Virus record (IMG/VR): IMGVR_UViG_3300047561_001655
Coordinates: 1-24,961 of that record
Reading direction: 5' to 3' (one strand)
DNA from: a virus
Taxonomy: Duplodnaviria > Caudoviricetes
DNA length: 24,961 nucleotides
Of the stretch, positions 16,076 to 24,307 are shown piece by piece (within the stretch, counting starts at the first letter, position 1; every line of letters begins with the position of its first letter). Under the pieces are notes generated by a model. The model was given only the letters and a program-made list of their open reading frames with translations, had not been told where the DNA came from and made no database searches. The translations under genes and the position numbers were made by a program.

Positions 16076-17763
16076 GGGTTGCGCTCCTTAAATATCTTTT
16101 CGCCGAGGACGTAGTTTTCTTGGGCGTTATGCTTTTTAAATTCCGCGTCCTGCACTGCACCCGTGAAGATTGGATTATTGTGGGTGAAGACGACGTCCTT
16201 AGCCTGGACGATGACGCCGTCTTTCTTTGCCCTGTGGCTAAACTCGTCATCGCTAAAGATGCCTGAGCAGGCGTCGTATTCATTTGCAAAAAGTGAGCTC
16301 TGCTGGATAAGCCGAGCTTTTGTTAAAATGGCCATGCAAAGGAGTTCGTCGGTGCGGTGCCCGTCGGAGATCGCCAAGACTTTGGGCTTACTAAGATCGC
16401 CCAGGCGTTCGGTAACAATCGTGTCCCAGTAGAGGGGTGGGTCCCAATCGTCGCTAGTTTGAATGAGGATTTCGCCCTGGGCTTTTTTGGCCGCCCTGTT
16501 CCATGCGGCTACGCAGCTCCCCTCGCCCATGACGGGGTTCCATGGTTTGAGGACGGCCGCGGTGGTGTCGTCGTTATCGCATGAAAAGATCCACTCTATG
16601 TTCTGCGGGTGGGACGCTTTCTTCATCCATAGGACGCGCGCGTTAATTGCTTCCTGCGGGCGGCCGCGGGTAGCGTGAAGGACGGAAATTTTAACGGGGC
16701 ACTGCTTGCGCCAGGCGGTTTCGATCTTCTCCACTTCGGCCGTGTCGCCCGTCATGCGGGCGGCGCAGATATAAAGGTCGATGCACTCAAAGTCGTAGAT
16801 CGAGCGCTGGCAGTTCCAAATTGAGATGCCGGGATCGGGCTGGACCATGGCCGCCTTCAGCATGTAGTACACGGCGCCCCACCTGCCGACGGATGCTTCC
16901 TCGCGGGCGATGTAGTAAAGTGCTTCCCTGCGGCCGGGCTGAAGCTGATGGGCCTCGGCATAAAGCCGCATGCGGGTATCACGATCGGGGTGGGCGGCCG
17001 CGTAGTTGCACATGGCTTCGTATTGCAGGGTGGGTTCCTGCTTAGGCCAGTAGGCGGCGACGCGGGACCAGACTCCGCTCTCGTTGCGCTTGTTCCCTAA
17101 AAATAGTTCCTGCTGGTAGTAGTAGGCGTACTTGCCCGCTTGGCTGAGTTCACCGCCTAGGATGCGGAGGTTGCGGTCTGCGCTGTTGGGCTTGTACCCA
17201 CCGCAGTGGTGTTCGCACCAGACGTTCTGTTCCCCTACCGATTTTAGGCCAGCGATGGGCAGGAGTGCTTCATGGACGGCGTAGTTCCAAGTGCCGGACC
17301 AGCCACCACCGGGTAGGCGTCGGACCATGCGTTCCCTTACTGGGTTGAGTTTGGCGTTTAAAACGGCGTAGACGCCTGCGTAGATCCCCAAGGCTGAATC
17401 TTTTTCAAACGCTTCCACGGCCCTTGTGAAGCATTTATCGAGGTCTGTGGCGGGTAGATCGTCGCAATCGAACCAGACGGCGTAGTCGCCAGTACACGCA
17501 TTGAGTGCGCAGTTGCGTGCGTGGGCAAAATTATCGACGTGGGGCCAGTCCGCGGCCGAGCCGGAGTTATGGTAAGTGATGACGGTGGCTCCAGCTTTCT
17601 CAGCGATCTCGCGGGTGCCGTCGTCCGGCCGGTTACCCTGGGCGAGTGCCACGATGATCTCGCTACAGAATGGTTTAAAGGCGGCCAACGCCCTACCGAT
17701 GAACTGGGCCTCGTGGCCTGCGATAAAGTAGATCGATATTTTAGGAGGATTTCGGGGTGCCAT
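16072..17763 (-). CDS. Bifunctional glycosyltransferase: GT2 - TPR-like helical region - GT2
   Basis: N-terminal GT-A (DDGTREIA, NFAHARNCALNACTGDYAVWFDCDD, VHE), TPR-like middle (LYAEAHQLQPGRREALYYIA), second GT-A (ISVLHATRGRP, FSCDNDD, AAWNRAAKKAQGEILIQTSDD, FSDDEF). Confidence 0.88.
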   Translation of the reverse strand: MAPRNPPKISIYFIAGHEAQFIGRALAAFKPFCSEIIVALAQGNRPDDGTREIAEKAGATVITYHNSGSAADWPHVDNFAHARNCALNACTGDYAVWFDCDDLPATDLDKCFTRAVEAFEKDSALGIYAGVYAVLNAKLNPVRERMVRRLPGGGWSGTWNYAVHEALLPIAGLKSVGEQNVWCEHHCGGYKPNSADRNLRILGGELSQAGKYAYYYQQELFLGNKRNESGVWSRVAAYWPKQEPTLQYEAMCNYAAAHPDRDTRMRLYAEAHQLQPGRREALYYIAREEASVGRWGAVYYMLKAAMVQPDPGISIWNCQRSIYDFECIDLYICAARMTGDTAEVEKIETAWRKQCPVKISVLHATRGRPQEAINARVLWMKKASHPQNIEWIFSCDNDDTTAAVLKPWNPVMGEGSCVAAWNRAAKKAQGEILIQTSDDWDPPLYWDTIVTERLGDLSKPKVLAISDGHRTDELLCMAILTKARLIQQSSLFANEYDACSGIFSDDEFSHRAKKDGVIVQAKDVVFTHNNPIFTGAVQDAEFKKHNAQENYVLGEKIFKERNP

Positions 17764-17770
17764 AACGAGG

Positions 17771-18070
17771 TTACTTTTCTCTAAGGCCCAAGAGGTAGGA
17801 GCCGACTGAGGTGTCGACGGTGACGATGCGGTATGAGACAGAGTTTGCCACCAGAACAGATCCGATGGTGGGTGCGGTGGCGAGTGAAGAGATATCGATT
17901 GTGAAGGTGCTATTCAGATCCAGATCAAATCCGCCCAGCTCAACGTTCTCTTTGCGGGTGATGGTGGAAAGGATGCCGGTGACGGCGGTAGATCCGATGG
18001 TGACGGTGGTGCCTGTTTGCTCGTGCAAAACGGCGAGTGATTCTTTGAGTGCTTCGGTAAATTCAGACAT
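17771..18070 (-). CDS. Head-tail joining protein (gpFII-like)
   Basis: 99 aa beta-rich, GTTVTIG...PTIGSVLVANSVSYRIVTV pattern; immediately after the capsid gene. Confidence 0.65.
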   Translation of the reverse strand: MSEFTEALKESLAVLHEQTGTTVTIGSTAVTGILSTITRKENVELGGFDLDLNSTFTIDISSLATAPTIGSVLVANSVSYRIVTVDTSVGSYLLGLREK

Positions 18071-18091
18071 TGAATGAGGATTTCTTTAGGT

Positions 18092-18129
18092 GGAAGGGGC
18101 GGTGATCCGAGTGGACCACCGCCCGTTCC
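18092..18129 (-). terminator. Long GC-rich hairpin after the major capsid gene (no U-tract)
   Basis: GGAA-C-GGGCGGTGGTCC-ACTC-GGATCACCGCCC-C-TTCC; the G-U wobble forms on the minus-strand RNA. Followed by ACCTAAAGAAATCCT. Confidence 0.6.
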
Positions 18130-18136
18130 GAGTGAC

Positions 18137-19027
18137 TTAGGCTCCGTTGATACGTACGAGAGAGTTAGGCTCTCCGGCTTTGACGCCGTATATTAACGCG
18201 TAGGTTCTGCTGAGGGTTCCTAAAGACATATTATATGCCTCTCGCACCTGTAAACTTAGTCCTGTGCGGGGTTCCGTCACCACAGAGATGTCTCCTGGGA
18301 TCATAACGGTTGTGGGCACCTCAGGGACGCGGGCCGCGATGAGCAGTGATTCCTGTTGCCCGAAAAAACCACCTAAGGTGATTCCGTTGCTAGGAATTGC
18401 GCTATACTGATTCACGTCGAATCCGGCGACCTTGCCGATTCCGCCGCCACGAACGATGTCCCCAGTGATCTGAGGATTCGCGACCACCGTTGTGTCATTC
18501 ATTAATGCGCCGTAGAACAAGGGGGCCAGTACGCAGTACCGACCGTTGACGGGCGAGTTCAACCCGTTGAGCACTGCACCTGCAGAGACAACCGAGCGAT
18601 AGTTAAAGGCGGTGGAAGCAACTGTGATCGCGTTTGTGAACGTCGATGAAGTTACGAGGGTGAGCAAATCGCCCACCATCTGCAATCCGATTGCGTGAGC
18701 GGCCGCACCTGCGAAACGCTCGATCAAATTGATGTTTGAGCTAGTACGTTCCTGATCGTCCACCGAGTAGGTCACGTGTTTGAACTTATTTAGCGTGATG
18801 GCGACATCCGTCTGGGTGATCGCCGATCCCGCGTAACCAGTGCTCTGGCTATAATCAGCAGCCGTAAGAGCAGAGAGGCGGGACGTATAGATTGAAGCTC
18901 CGTATTTCGCAGCATCGCTGGAAAAATTAGAAACTCCGCTTCGCAAAAACGAATAATCGGCTACGAGGATCTCAAGCGCCCTCTGAGCGATTACGTTTGC
19001 ATTGGTTGTTCCGAGTGTGTTGGCCAT
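18137..19027 (-). CDS. Major capsid protein (HK97 fold, P22-coat/gp5-like)
   Basis: 296 aa starting MANTL, with ITLNKFKHVTYSVDDQE, GRYCVLAP..Y..L, GGIGKVAGFDV and LIYGVKA. Follows the protease/scaffold and is followed by a strong hairpin. Confidence 0.85.
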   Translation of the reverse strand: MANTLGTTNANVIAQRALEILVADYSFLRSGVSNFSSDAAKYGASIYTSRLSALTAADYSQSTGYAGSAITQTDVAITLNKFKHVTYSVDDQERTSSNINLIERFAGAAAHAIGLQMVGDLLTLVTSSTFTNAITVASTAFNYRSVVSAGAVLNGLNSPVNGRYCVLAPLFYGALMNDTTVVANPQITGDIVRGGGIGKVAGFDVNQYSAIPSNGITLGGFFGQQESLLIAARVPEVPTTVMIPGDISVVTEPRTGLSLQVREAYNMSLGTLSRTYALIYGVKAGEPNSLVRINGA

Positions 19028-19058
19028 GGTGTTTGGTTCCTTATTTCTTTAGATCTTT

Positions 19059-19511
19059 TTAGAGACCTAATTTGCGGAGAAGTTTGATTCGTTTGGAATC
19101 GTCTTTCTCCTGGTTGAATTGGTTTAGGATCTCACCGCGGCCAACCGGCTGGGCGGATTCAGCGGGGATCGGTTCCGCACCTGCAGAATCGGTCTTCGCT
19201 TTTTCTAGAGTGATGACAGTTTTTTCGTCGATGACGGCGCTCATGGCGGCGACTTCTTTTTTGGCCATATCCATGGCTGGCTCTTCGGTAATGTCGGAAA
19301 CGGCGTCGGCTTTCATTAGGCCGAGCAGTTCGGTGAGCATGGCGGCGATATCCACCAAGGTGGGCTCAGCGGCTTTGGTTTCGACGGGCGCGTCAGGCGT
19401 GGCGGCGGGCACTTCGGCCAAGGCGGCGACGACGGGCGCGACTTCGGGGGTGGCGATGACTTCGACCACGGGGGCCGCTTCAATTTTTTCGACTACTGGT
19501 GCTGTTTCCAT
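19059..19511 (-). CDS. Nested in-frame scaffolding protein (Nu3-like), 150 aa
   Basis: In-frame ATG (Met148, METAPVVEK) at the protease/low-complexity boundary, with TTGACA exactly 14 nt upstream (19526-19531) as at genuine gene starts. Confidence 0.55.
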   Translation of the reverse strand: METAPVVEKIEAAPVVEVIATPEVAPVVAALAEVPAATPDAPVETKAAEPTLVDIAAMLTELLGLMKADAVSDITEEPAMDMAKKEVAAMSAVIDEKTVITLEKAKTDSAGAEPIPAESAQPVGRGEILNQFNQEKDDSKRIKLLRKLGL

Positions 19512-19952
19512 TTGTAGATTTTTGATGTCAACTGAGCTGAAGGCGGAAAACATCCCAGCGGGGTTTGCGGCGGGTGTGGAAACGACGCTGATGTCGTAGA
19601 TCTCGCTTACGCGGGCGTACCGATTGCCGCCCATTTCGGCGGGTACGCCGCTGAACGTGAGGGACAGGCCGAATCCTTCCGGCAGTACGGTGGCTAGGTG
19701 TTGGACGAACTGGGCTTGGGTGGTGCTAAAGAGAGTGAGATCGCCCATGAGCCGATCCCCTTTGATGACAAAGCCGTCGATGTAGCCGAGGATGCCGTCC
19801 ACCTGGGCGCCGTGGCCCATGGTGACTTTAATCCGCTTCATGGTCTGCGCTACGGCGAGCGCTTGTTCGAGAGATGTCTGGTCGATGAGTAGGTCGTGGC
19901 CTTTAGCCTCGCCTACGGTGAGAATGGAAACGGACGGGAGTTTGTTGGCCAT
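19059..19952 (-). CDS. Prohead maturation protease fused to scaffold region
   Basis: N-terminal protease-like domain (GEAKGH, MGHG, FGLSLTF, DISVVSTPAANP) followed by an acidic A/P/E/V-rich scaffold-like tail; between portal and capsid. Confidence 0.75.
   Translation of the reverse strand: MANKLPSVSILTVGEAKGHDLLIDQTSLEQALAVAQTMKRIKVTMGHGAQVDGILGYIDGFVIKGDRLMGDLTLFSTTQAQFVQHLATVLPEGFGLSLTFSGVPAEMGGNRYARVSEIYDISVVSTPAANPAGMFSAFSSVDIKNLQMETAPVVEKIEAAPVVEVIATPEVAPVVAALAEVPAATPDAPVETKAAEPTLVDIAAMLTELLGLMKADAVSDITEEPAMDMAKKEVAAMSAVIDEKTVITLEKAKTDSAGAEPIPAESAQPVGRGEILNQFNQEKDDSKRIKLLRKLGL
19509..19531 (-). promoter_or_regulatory. TTGACA-N14-ATG element (internal scaffold start)
   Basis: TTGACA TCAAAAATCTACAA ATG, in frame within the protease gene. 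Confidence 0.55.
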
Positions 19953-19972
19953 ACTCGGCCAACGGATGTCAA
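19950..19972 (-). promoter_or_regulatory. TTGACA-N14-ATG element (protease)
   Basis: TTGACA TCCGTTGGCCGAGT ATG. Confidence 0.6.
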
Positions 19973-19973
19973 A

Positions 19974-20495
19974 TTAGTTTCGGGTGAGGACGGGGTCTGG
20001 AAACATTGGCTGGTAGGCAACGGGCTGGTTGGGTTCTGGCGGGGTGTGTGCATCCTGCATGGCTTTACGAATACAATAAGCAAGATTCTCGGCGCCCTCT
20101 TTTTTCTTCATATCAAGGGTTTGATTATTTAAACCGCCTAGCATTAGTTCGACATACCATTTACCAAAAGCGCGGATGCACTTGTAAAGAATGGCGAGTG
20201 AGGCGCAGATAAAAAATCCACCCATAACTGGGCTATCTACTGAAAACATTAAGACAGAACCAAAGAGGATTCCAAATCCGCTAAGAAACATCCACATAAC
20301 GCGGCCAACCATGCCAGTAGTATCTTCAGCGCAACGGACGCCCTGCAGTTTAGCGATGGGGTAGATCTGGTTATATGGTGCGCCGAGGGTAATGAACTGC
20401 CGGGTCACGACGACGGTGCCGTCGTTATAGTATTGTGTGGAGGCCGCAGGCTGTGTTTCGGGGGCGTCAATAGGATCAAAGGATATCCGGCTCAC
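19974..20495 (-). CDS. Two-TM membrane protein (DUF6232-like), moron between portal and protease
   Basis: YYNDGTVVVTRQFITLG...YPIAKLQGV, two TM helices, then YVELMLGG...AENLAYCIRKAM. Has its own promoter-like element. Confidence 0.6.
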   Translation of the reverse strand: MSRISFDPIDAPETQPAASTQYYNDGTVVVTRQFITLGAPYNQIYPIAKLQGVRCAEDTTGMVGRVMWMFLSGFGILFGSVLMFSVDSPVMGGFFICASLAILYKCIRAFGKWYVELMLGGLNNQTLDMKKKEGAENLAYCIRKAMQDAHTPPEPNQPVAYQPMFPDPVLTRN

Positions 20496-20529
20496 CCTTT
20501 AAGCCTGCTCCTAGTGCAGGCTGTGGCAA
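20493..20529 (-). promoter_or_regulatory. Sigma70-like, probably leaderless promoter with inverted repeat for the DUF6232-like moron
   Basis: TTGCCA-N16-CAGGCT-N6-GTG; inverted repeat AGCCTGC/GCAGGCT at 20502-20508 and 20516-20522. Confidence 0.4.
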
Positions 20530-22167
20530 CTACTTTTTTTTCTTGGTTTTAGGCTTGGCTTGGCCGATGCCTAGGGCGCGGACGATCATGTTTAGCTCTT
20601 TGGCGCTAAGGTTAAAATCGGGTGCATCGTCGGCCATAATAAAGGATGGGGCGGCGAGCTGCTCGGGTGCGCTGTTGGGACCTGGCTTAACCTCGTTCGG
20701 ATCGGTGATGATATCGGTAGGGGTGGTGGTATCGGTCGCAGTAGCGTCGGCCTGTGGTTCTTCTGGGATCGGTGCTTCGTCTGGAGCGGCGGTGATGGGC
20801 GCGGCCGCTGGTGTAAGTGCGGCGATAAACTGTTTTTCCTTGTTCATCTGCATGACCTGCTCTTCCCAATCCAGACCTAGCTCTCCAAAGTAATCCTGCA
20901 GGCTAGAGAGTCCGGCCTTATAGTCTTCGCGGGCTTGTTGGGTTTCACGGCCTGCGTCCACGGTCAAAGACTTCGGAGTCTGCCAGGATACTTTTCGATA
21001 GTCTTCTGCGGGTGGTAGATCCCCGTTAGCGATCGCCCTTCCGATGAAGTACGCCCATGAACGATTACAGAATCGATCGACTAAAAGACGTTGGCGTTGT
21101 TCAAATCTGCGCTGTGCCTTAGCCACGATGAATCGCATCCCTGCCCCGCCAACACTGGCTGGATCGTAAACAAACTCGATCGGTAGACCCAGACCCATAG
21201 CGACGTCGCGGATTAGGAACTTGGCGAAGGGTTCAAAGCCGTTGTTCGGACGGTTGGGTGCGACCATCTCAATCTTTTCCCCAGGGGCGAGACGCGGGAT
21301 GGTGGCGGAGCTGGTGATCTGTTCGCGGGCGATGCTGTTGTCGCCTGTGTCGGCGGCTTGGATGTTACCAAAGAATCCGCCACTGCTGGCGAGGGCGTCG
21401 CCTTCGTTTGATGTGATGACGGCGGCGATCGATCCCTGCAACTTGAGTGCGTCTTTTTCAAACTCGCCCAGAAGTTTAAGATCGCGTACGTGATTGAGTG
21501 CGCGGGCTAGATTAGATCCGCCACGGATCTGATCGGGCCGTTCCATTTCCATAAGATGAATAACGAGATCGGAATTTATTTTTCGGTAGGTGTCGCCGAG
21601 CTCGAGCAGGTAGGCGGTAGGCTCGCCCATCTTGCCCAAGAAAACGCCGTCGGTAGATTCGTAGTTATCACCCTCGCAAACTCTGTGACCTTCAACGACT
21701 TGTAATTTTCCTTTGTCGGTCATTATTACAAATACGTCGCCGTCTACGTCGATCGATCGGCTGAGTGCTAAGAGCAGATCTGTCCAAGTCATCCGGCCCG
21801 TGACTTCTGGATTAGGCGCCACTACGTCCCGCCAATACTGCTCGGCCAACTTGCCAAACTCTGTATCTGTCCCGCGATATTGTGGACGGAGTCCAGGGCC
21901 GACGGAGTAGGCGGCGATTGAATCGACGGCGCCTTTAATCAGGCCGACGTTGCGGTACATGTGCCGAGCAAGTTTGAGAAGTTCCGTTCTTGTCCATTCG
22001 CTTAAATCCAGTGATGAATCTCTCGCATGCGCACCGTAGATGACTGGTCGTTTACGGGAGAATCCTGCCGCCTCGTAAGGTTGGAACGTACTGATGCCAG
22101 AGCCAAATCCTGCGCTGAAGCTTTTGATGCCTGCGCCTAATCGACGAACGAGGGAGACGTTGGCCAT
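20530..22167 (-). CDS. Portal protein, lambda family
   Basis: ARHMYRNVGLIKGAVD, VDGDVF, ERPDQIRG, LAPGEKIE, VAMGLGLPIE, W.TPK...VD..RE. ATG at 22167 (MANVSL) follows the upstream stop. Confidence 0.92.
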   Translation of the reverse strand: MANVSLVRRLGAGIKSFSAGFGSGISTFQPYEAAGFSRKRPVIYGAHARDSSLDLSEWTRTELLKLARHMYRNVGLIKGAVDSIAAYSVGPGLRPQYRGTDTEFGKLAEQYWRDVVAPNPEVTGRMTWTDLLLALSRSIDVDGDVFVIMTDKGKLQVVEGHRVCEGDNYESTDGVFLGKMGEPTAYLLELGDTYRKINSDLVIHLMEMERPDQIRGGSNLARALNHVRDLKLLGEFEKDALKLQGSIAAVITSNEGDALASSGGFFGNIQAADTGDNSIAREQITSSATIPRLAPGEKIEMVAPNRPNNGFEPFAKFLIRDVAMGLGLPIEFVYDPASVGGAGMRFIVAKAQRRFEQRQRLLVDRFCNRSWAYFIGRAIANGDLPPAEDYRKVSWQTPKSLTVDAGRETQQAREDYKAGLSSLQDYFGELGLDWEEQVMQMNKEKQFIAALTPAAAPITAAPDEAPIPEEPQADATATDTTTPTDIITDPNEVKPGPNSAPEQLAAPSFIMADDAPDFNLSAKELNMIVRALGIGQAKPKTKKKK

Positions 22168-22168
22168 A

Positions 22169-22465
22169 TTAACTATCAATCACGAACGTGAAGTCCGCTG
22201 CGGTACGGGTTAGGGTGCGGCCGCCGAGATAATCGATGGCGCTTTGGAAGAGTTCGACGCGGTCGGTGGGTTTTAGATCGATCTGGAAGCTGGCGGATTG
22301 GCCACCGGCCGAAGATCCTACCAGTGCTCGGCCGGAGGCGGCGCCCGTCATGGCGGTGTTGCGGTCCGCTGCGAGCGATACCAGGGCGGAAGCAGTCACC
22401 CCGCTGGCCTGTGCCAAATAATCGGTGGCGACTGCCCGTATCAATCTGCGGGAAAGGGCGGCCAT
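22169..22465 (-). CDS. Head completion protein (gpW-like position)
   Basis: 98 aa between TerL and portal; LVGSSAGGQSASF hairpin plus helix. ATG at 22465 has TTGACA 14 nt upstream. Confidence 0.6.
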   Translation of the reverse strand: MAALSRRLIRAVATDYLAQASGVTASALVSLAADRNTAMTGAASGRALVGSSAGGQSASFQIDLKPTDRVELFQSAIDYLGGRTLTRTAADFTFVIDS

Positions 22466-22485
22466 TGTCCCTAGCAGTTTGTCAA
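22463..22485 (-). promoter_or_regulatory. TTGACA-N14-ATG element (head completion/portal)
   Basis: TTGACA AACTGCTAGGGACA ATG. Confidence 0.6.
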
Positions 22486-22509
22486 CGTACGCAATTAAGT
22501 TTCTAAAAA

Positions 22510-24303
22510 TCATGCTGGTACGGGTACGGGCTGGGCAGGAAGAGGCTCAGCGTCGCGGATCATTGTCTCGATCATGATGAGGGACATTTTTTCGGTATCT
22601 CCAAGGTGGTTCCCGCCTACGACTTCCCACGCAAGTTCTTTATGGCCAAATTTCATCCGACGTTCAACCAGCCGTTCTGCGGTAAGCTGAGCGATGTAGT
22701 CGCGTCCAGTGTTACGAGGGAGCCACCAATCCTTTGTGTCGCGGTCTTTAATCTTGTTGATGTAGAGACGTTCTTTCCAGACGTTGTCGTCGTACTGAAC
22801 CAATCTCACCGCCCGGCCGCGGTGCTCGATCACCTGGCGGATGACGCTGGCCCGCATACCCGTAGAAGCTCCCCTGCCTTTAGATGCCCAGAATTTTCCG
22901 CCGGAGTTCAAGACAAACTCGTACACTCCCCCGGTGCGACGGGCGGCGTAGCCAGAATCCACTAGGCCGCCATGGCACTGGATAAGTTTACCTGGGCAAT
23001 CTTTAACGGGATATTTTTCGTTAAACTTGGCCAAGATCGCATCCCAACCAACGCAGGATCCGTAGTCGACCATGGCCGACCATCTCTTGCCGTTGACTAT
23101 TCCTGAGGCGCGAATGAGCCACCAGAGTTCTGTTTGTTGGACGTCCACCGTCATAAACATGGCGTCGGGTTCCCTTGGAATTTCTCCGATAATATATTCA
23201 GGCGAGCTGGTGATGACGTCGTCGACGTTACTTGCTTTAACCGTAGTGGCAGATGGAGACCACGGCCGGGCTAGGTAGCTGTTGACGAAATAGTGCAGGC
23301 CACGCGGGCTGTCGCGATCCTGCAGGAAACGGGTGGCGAGTTCGCCCCAGCGCTTAAATGGGGAGTAAAGGGAATTAAGATGGTAAGAACGTCGGCCCGG
23401 CTCACCCAAGGCGGTGGGCTTCCAATGGCCCGCATTAAGCATAGAAGCCTTGTGTTCGTGTCCGATTAGTTCCCTGCACCCTGGACACTCGTATCGCGTA
23501 GATTCCGCCACCCGATCAAAATCCCACGTGGCAGTCTCCGCATCGAAAGCGGTTTCATCGTACTTAATCCCCTCCCACCCTAATTCTATCTGATGTTTAC
23601 AAAACGGGCATGGAACCATGTAGACGCGTTGGTCACCGCGCTTGTATTCAGTCCAGACGTTTACGCCACGATCCAGCGTGGGGGTCGATGCCATAACGAA
23701 CAACCAATCGGCGAAAGATTCCATCCTAGCCCCAACCAACTGAAGAGGCGGCGCTTCCTTCTCTCCCCAATCAGGAAACTTGTCGATCTCGTCAGCAAAA
23801 ACTAGACCTGCAGATCGGCTGGAAAGATTTGCGTCCGATCCAGCGCCCACCCACCAGACCGTTGCGTTTGTAAATCTTTGCTCGTCCAGCTTAATCAGAT
23901 CACGATCTGGTGGCATCTTTGCCGTTAGGCATGGATTACACTTTACCAACTCCAGCCACTTCTCCTGGCTAATGCTTCGAGCCAGCTTCAAACTAGGAAG
24001 TACCATCATTGATGCCGTCGGGCGCTCCGCCACCCGGTGCGCCAGCATCACCTGCAAAGCAGTAGACTTTCCAGACTGCACAGCAAAGCATAATACCAGC
24101 TCATGAACTTTTGGATTTGTGGAGCAGTCGATTACTTCCCGCAGGTAGGGCATGCGATCCAACGAAAACTTCCCTGGCTGAACTTTTGAATACCGATCAC
24201 TGAACTGAAGGGTGGCCTCTGCCCAAGCTGATACAGATCCGTAACCCGGTCTCATATGTTTGGCCCGCGCCTCTTGTTCTGCCTGATGATTGTTAATCGT
24301 CAT
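22510..24303 (-). CDS. Terminase large subunit, lambda GpA family
   Basis: PYLREVID, Walker A AVQSGKS, Walker B VFADEIDKF, ASTPT, GDQRVYMVPCPFC/CPGC Zn motifs, SYHLNSLYSP, nuclease TVDVQ, VDSGY, NHLGD. Confidence 0.95.
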   Translation of the reverse strand: MTINNHQAEQEARAKHMRPGYGSVSAWAEATLQFSDRYSKVQPGKFSLDRMPYLREVIDCSTNPKVHELVLCFAVQSGKSTALQVMLAHRVAERPTASMMVLPSLKLARSISQEKWLELVKCNPCLTAKMPPDRDLIKLDEQRFTNATVWWVGAGSDANLSSRSAGLVFADEIDKFPDWGEKEAPPLQLVGARMESFADWLFVMASTPTLDRGVNVWTEYKRGDQRVYMVPCPFCKHQIELGWEGIKYDETAFDAETATWDFDRVAESTRYECPGCRELIGHEHKASMLNAGHWKPTALGEPGRRSYHLNSLYSPFKRWGELATRFLQDRDSPRGLHYFVNSYLARPWSPSATTVKASNVDDVITSSPEYIIGEIPREPDAMFMTVDVQQTELWWLIRASGIVNGKRWSAMVDYGSCVGWDAILAKFNEKYPVKDCPGKLIQCHGGLVDSGYAARRTGGVYEFVLNSGGKFWASKGRGASTGMRASVIRQVIEHRGRAVRLVQYDDNVWKERLYINKIKDRDTKDWWLPRNTGRDYIAQLTAERLVERRMKFGHKELAWEVVGGNHLGDTEKMSLIMIETMIRDAEPLPAQPVPVPA

Positions 24304-24307
24304 GAAA

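Noticed and set aside
18092-18129. tRNA or structured ncRNA after the capsid gene
   Set aside because: Single stem-loop in a 66-nt gap with no cloverleaf or T-loop consensus.
19380-19500. Tandem repeat/CRISPR-like periodicity in the scaffold region
   Set aside because: Only degenerate APVV/PEV coding repeats; no identical repeats with spacers.
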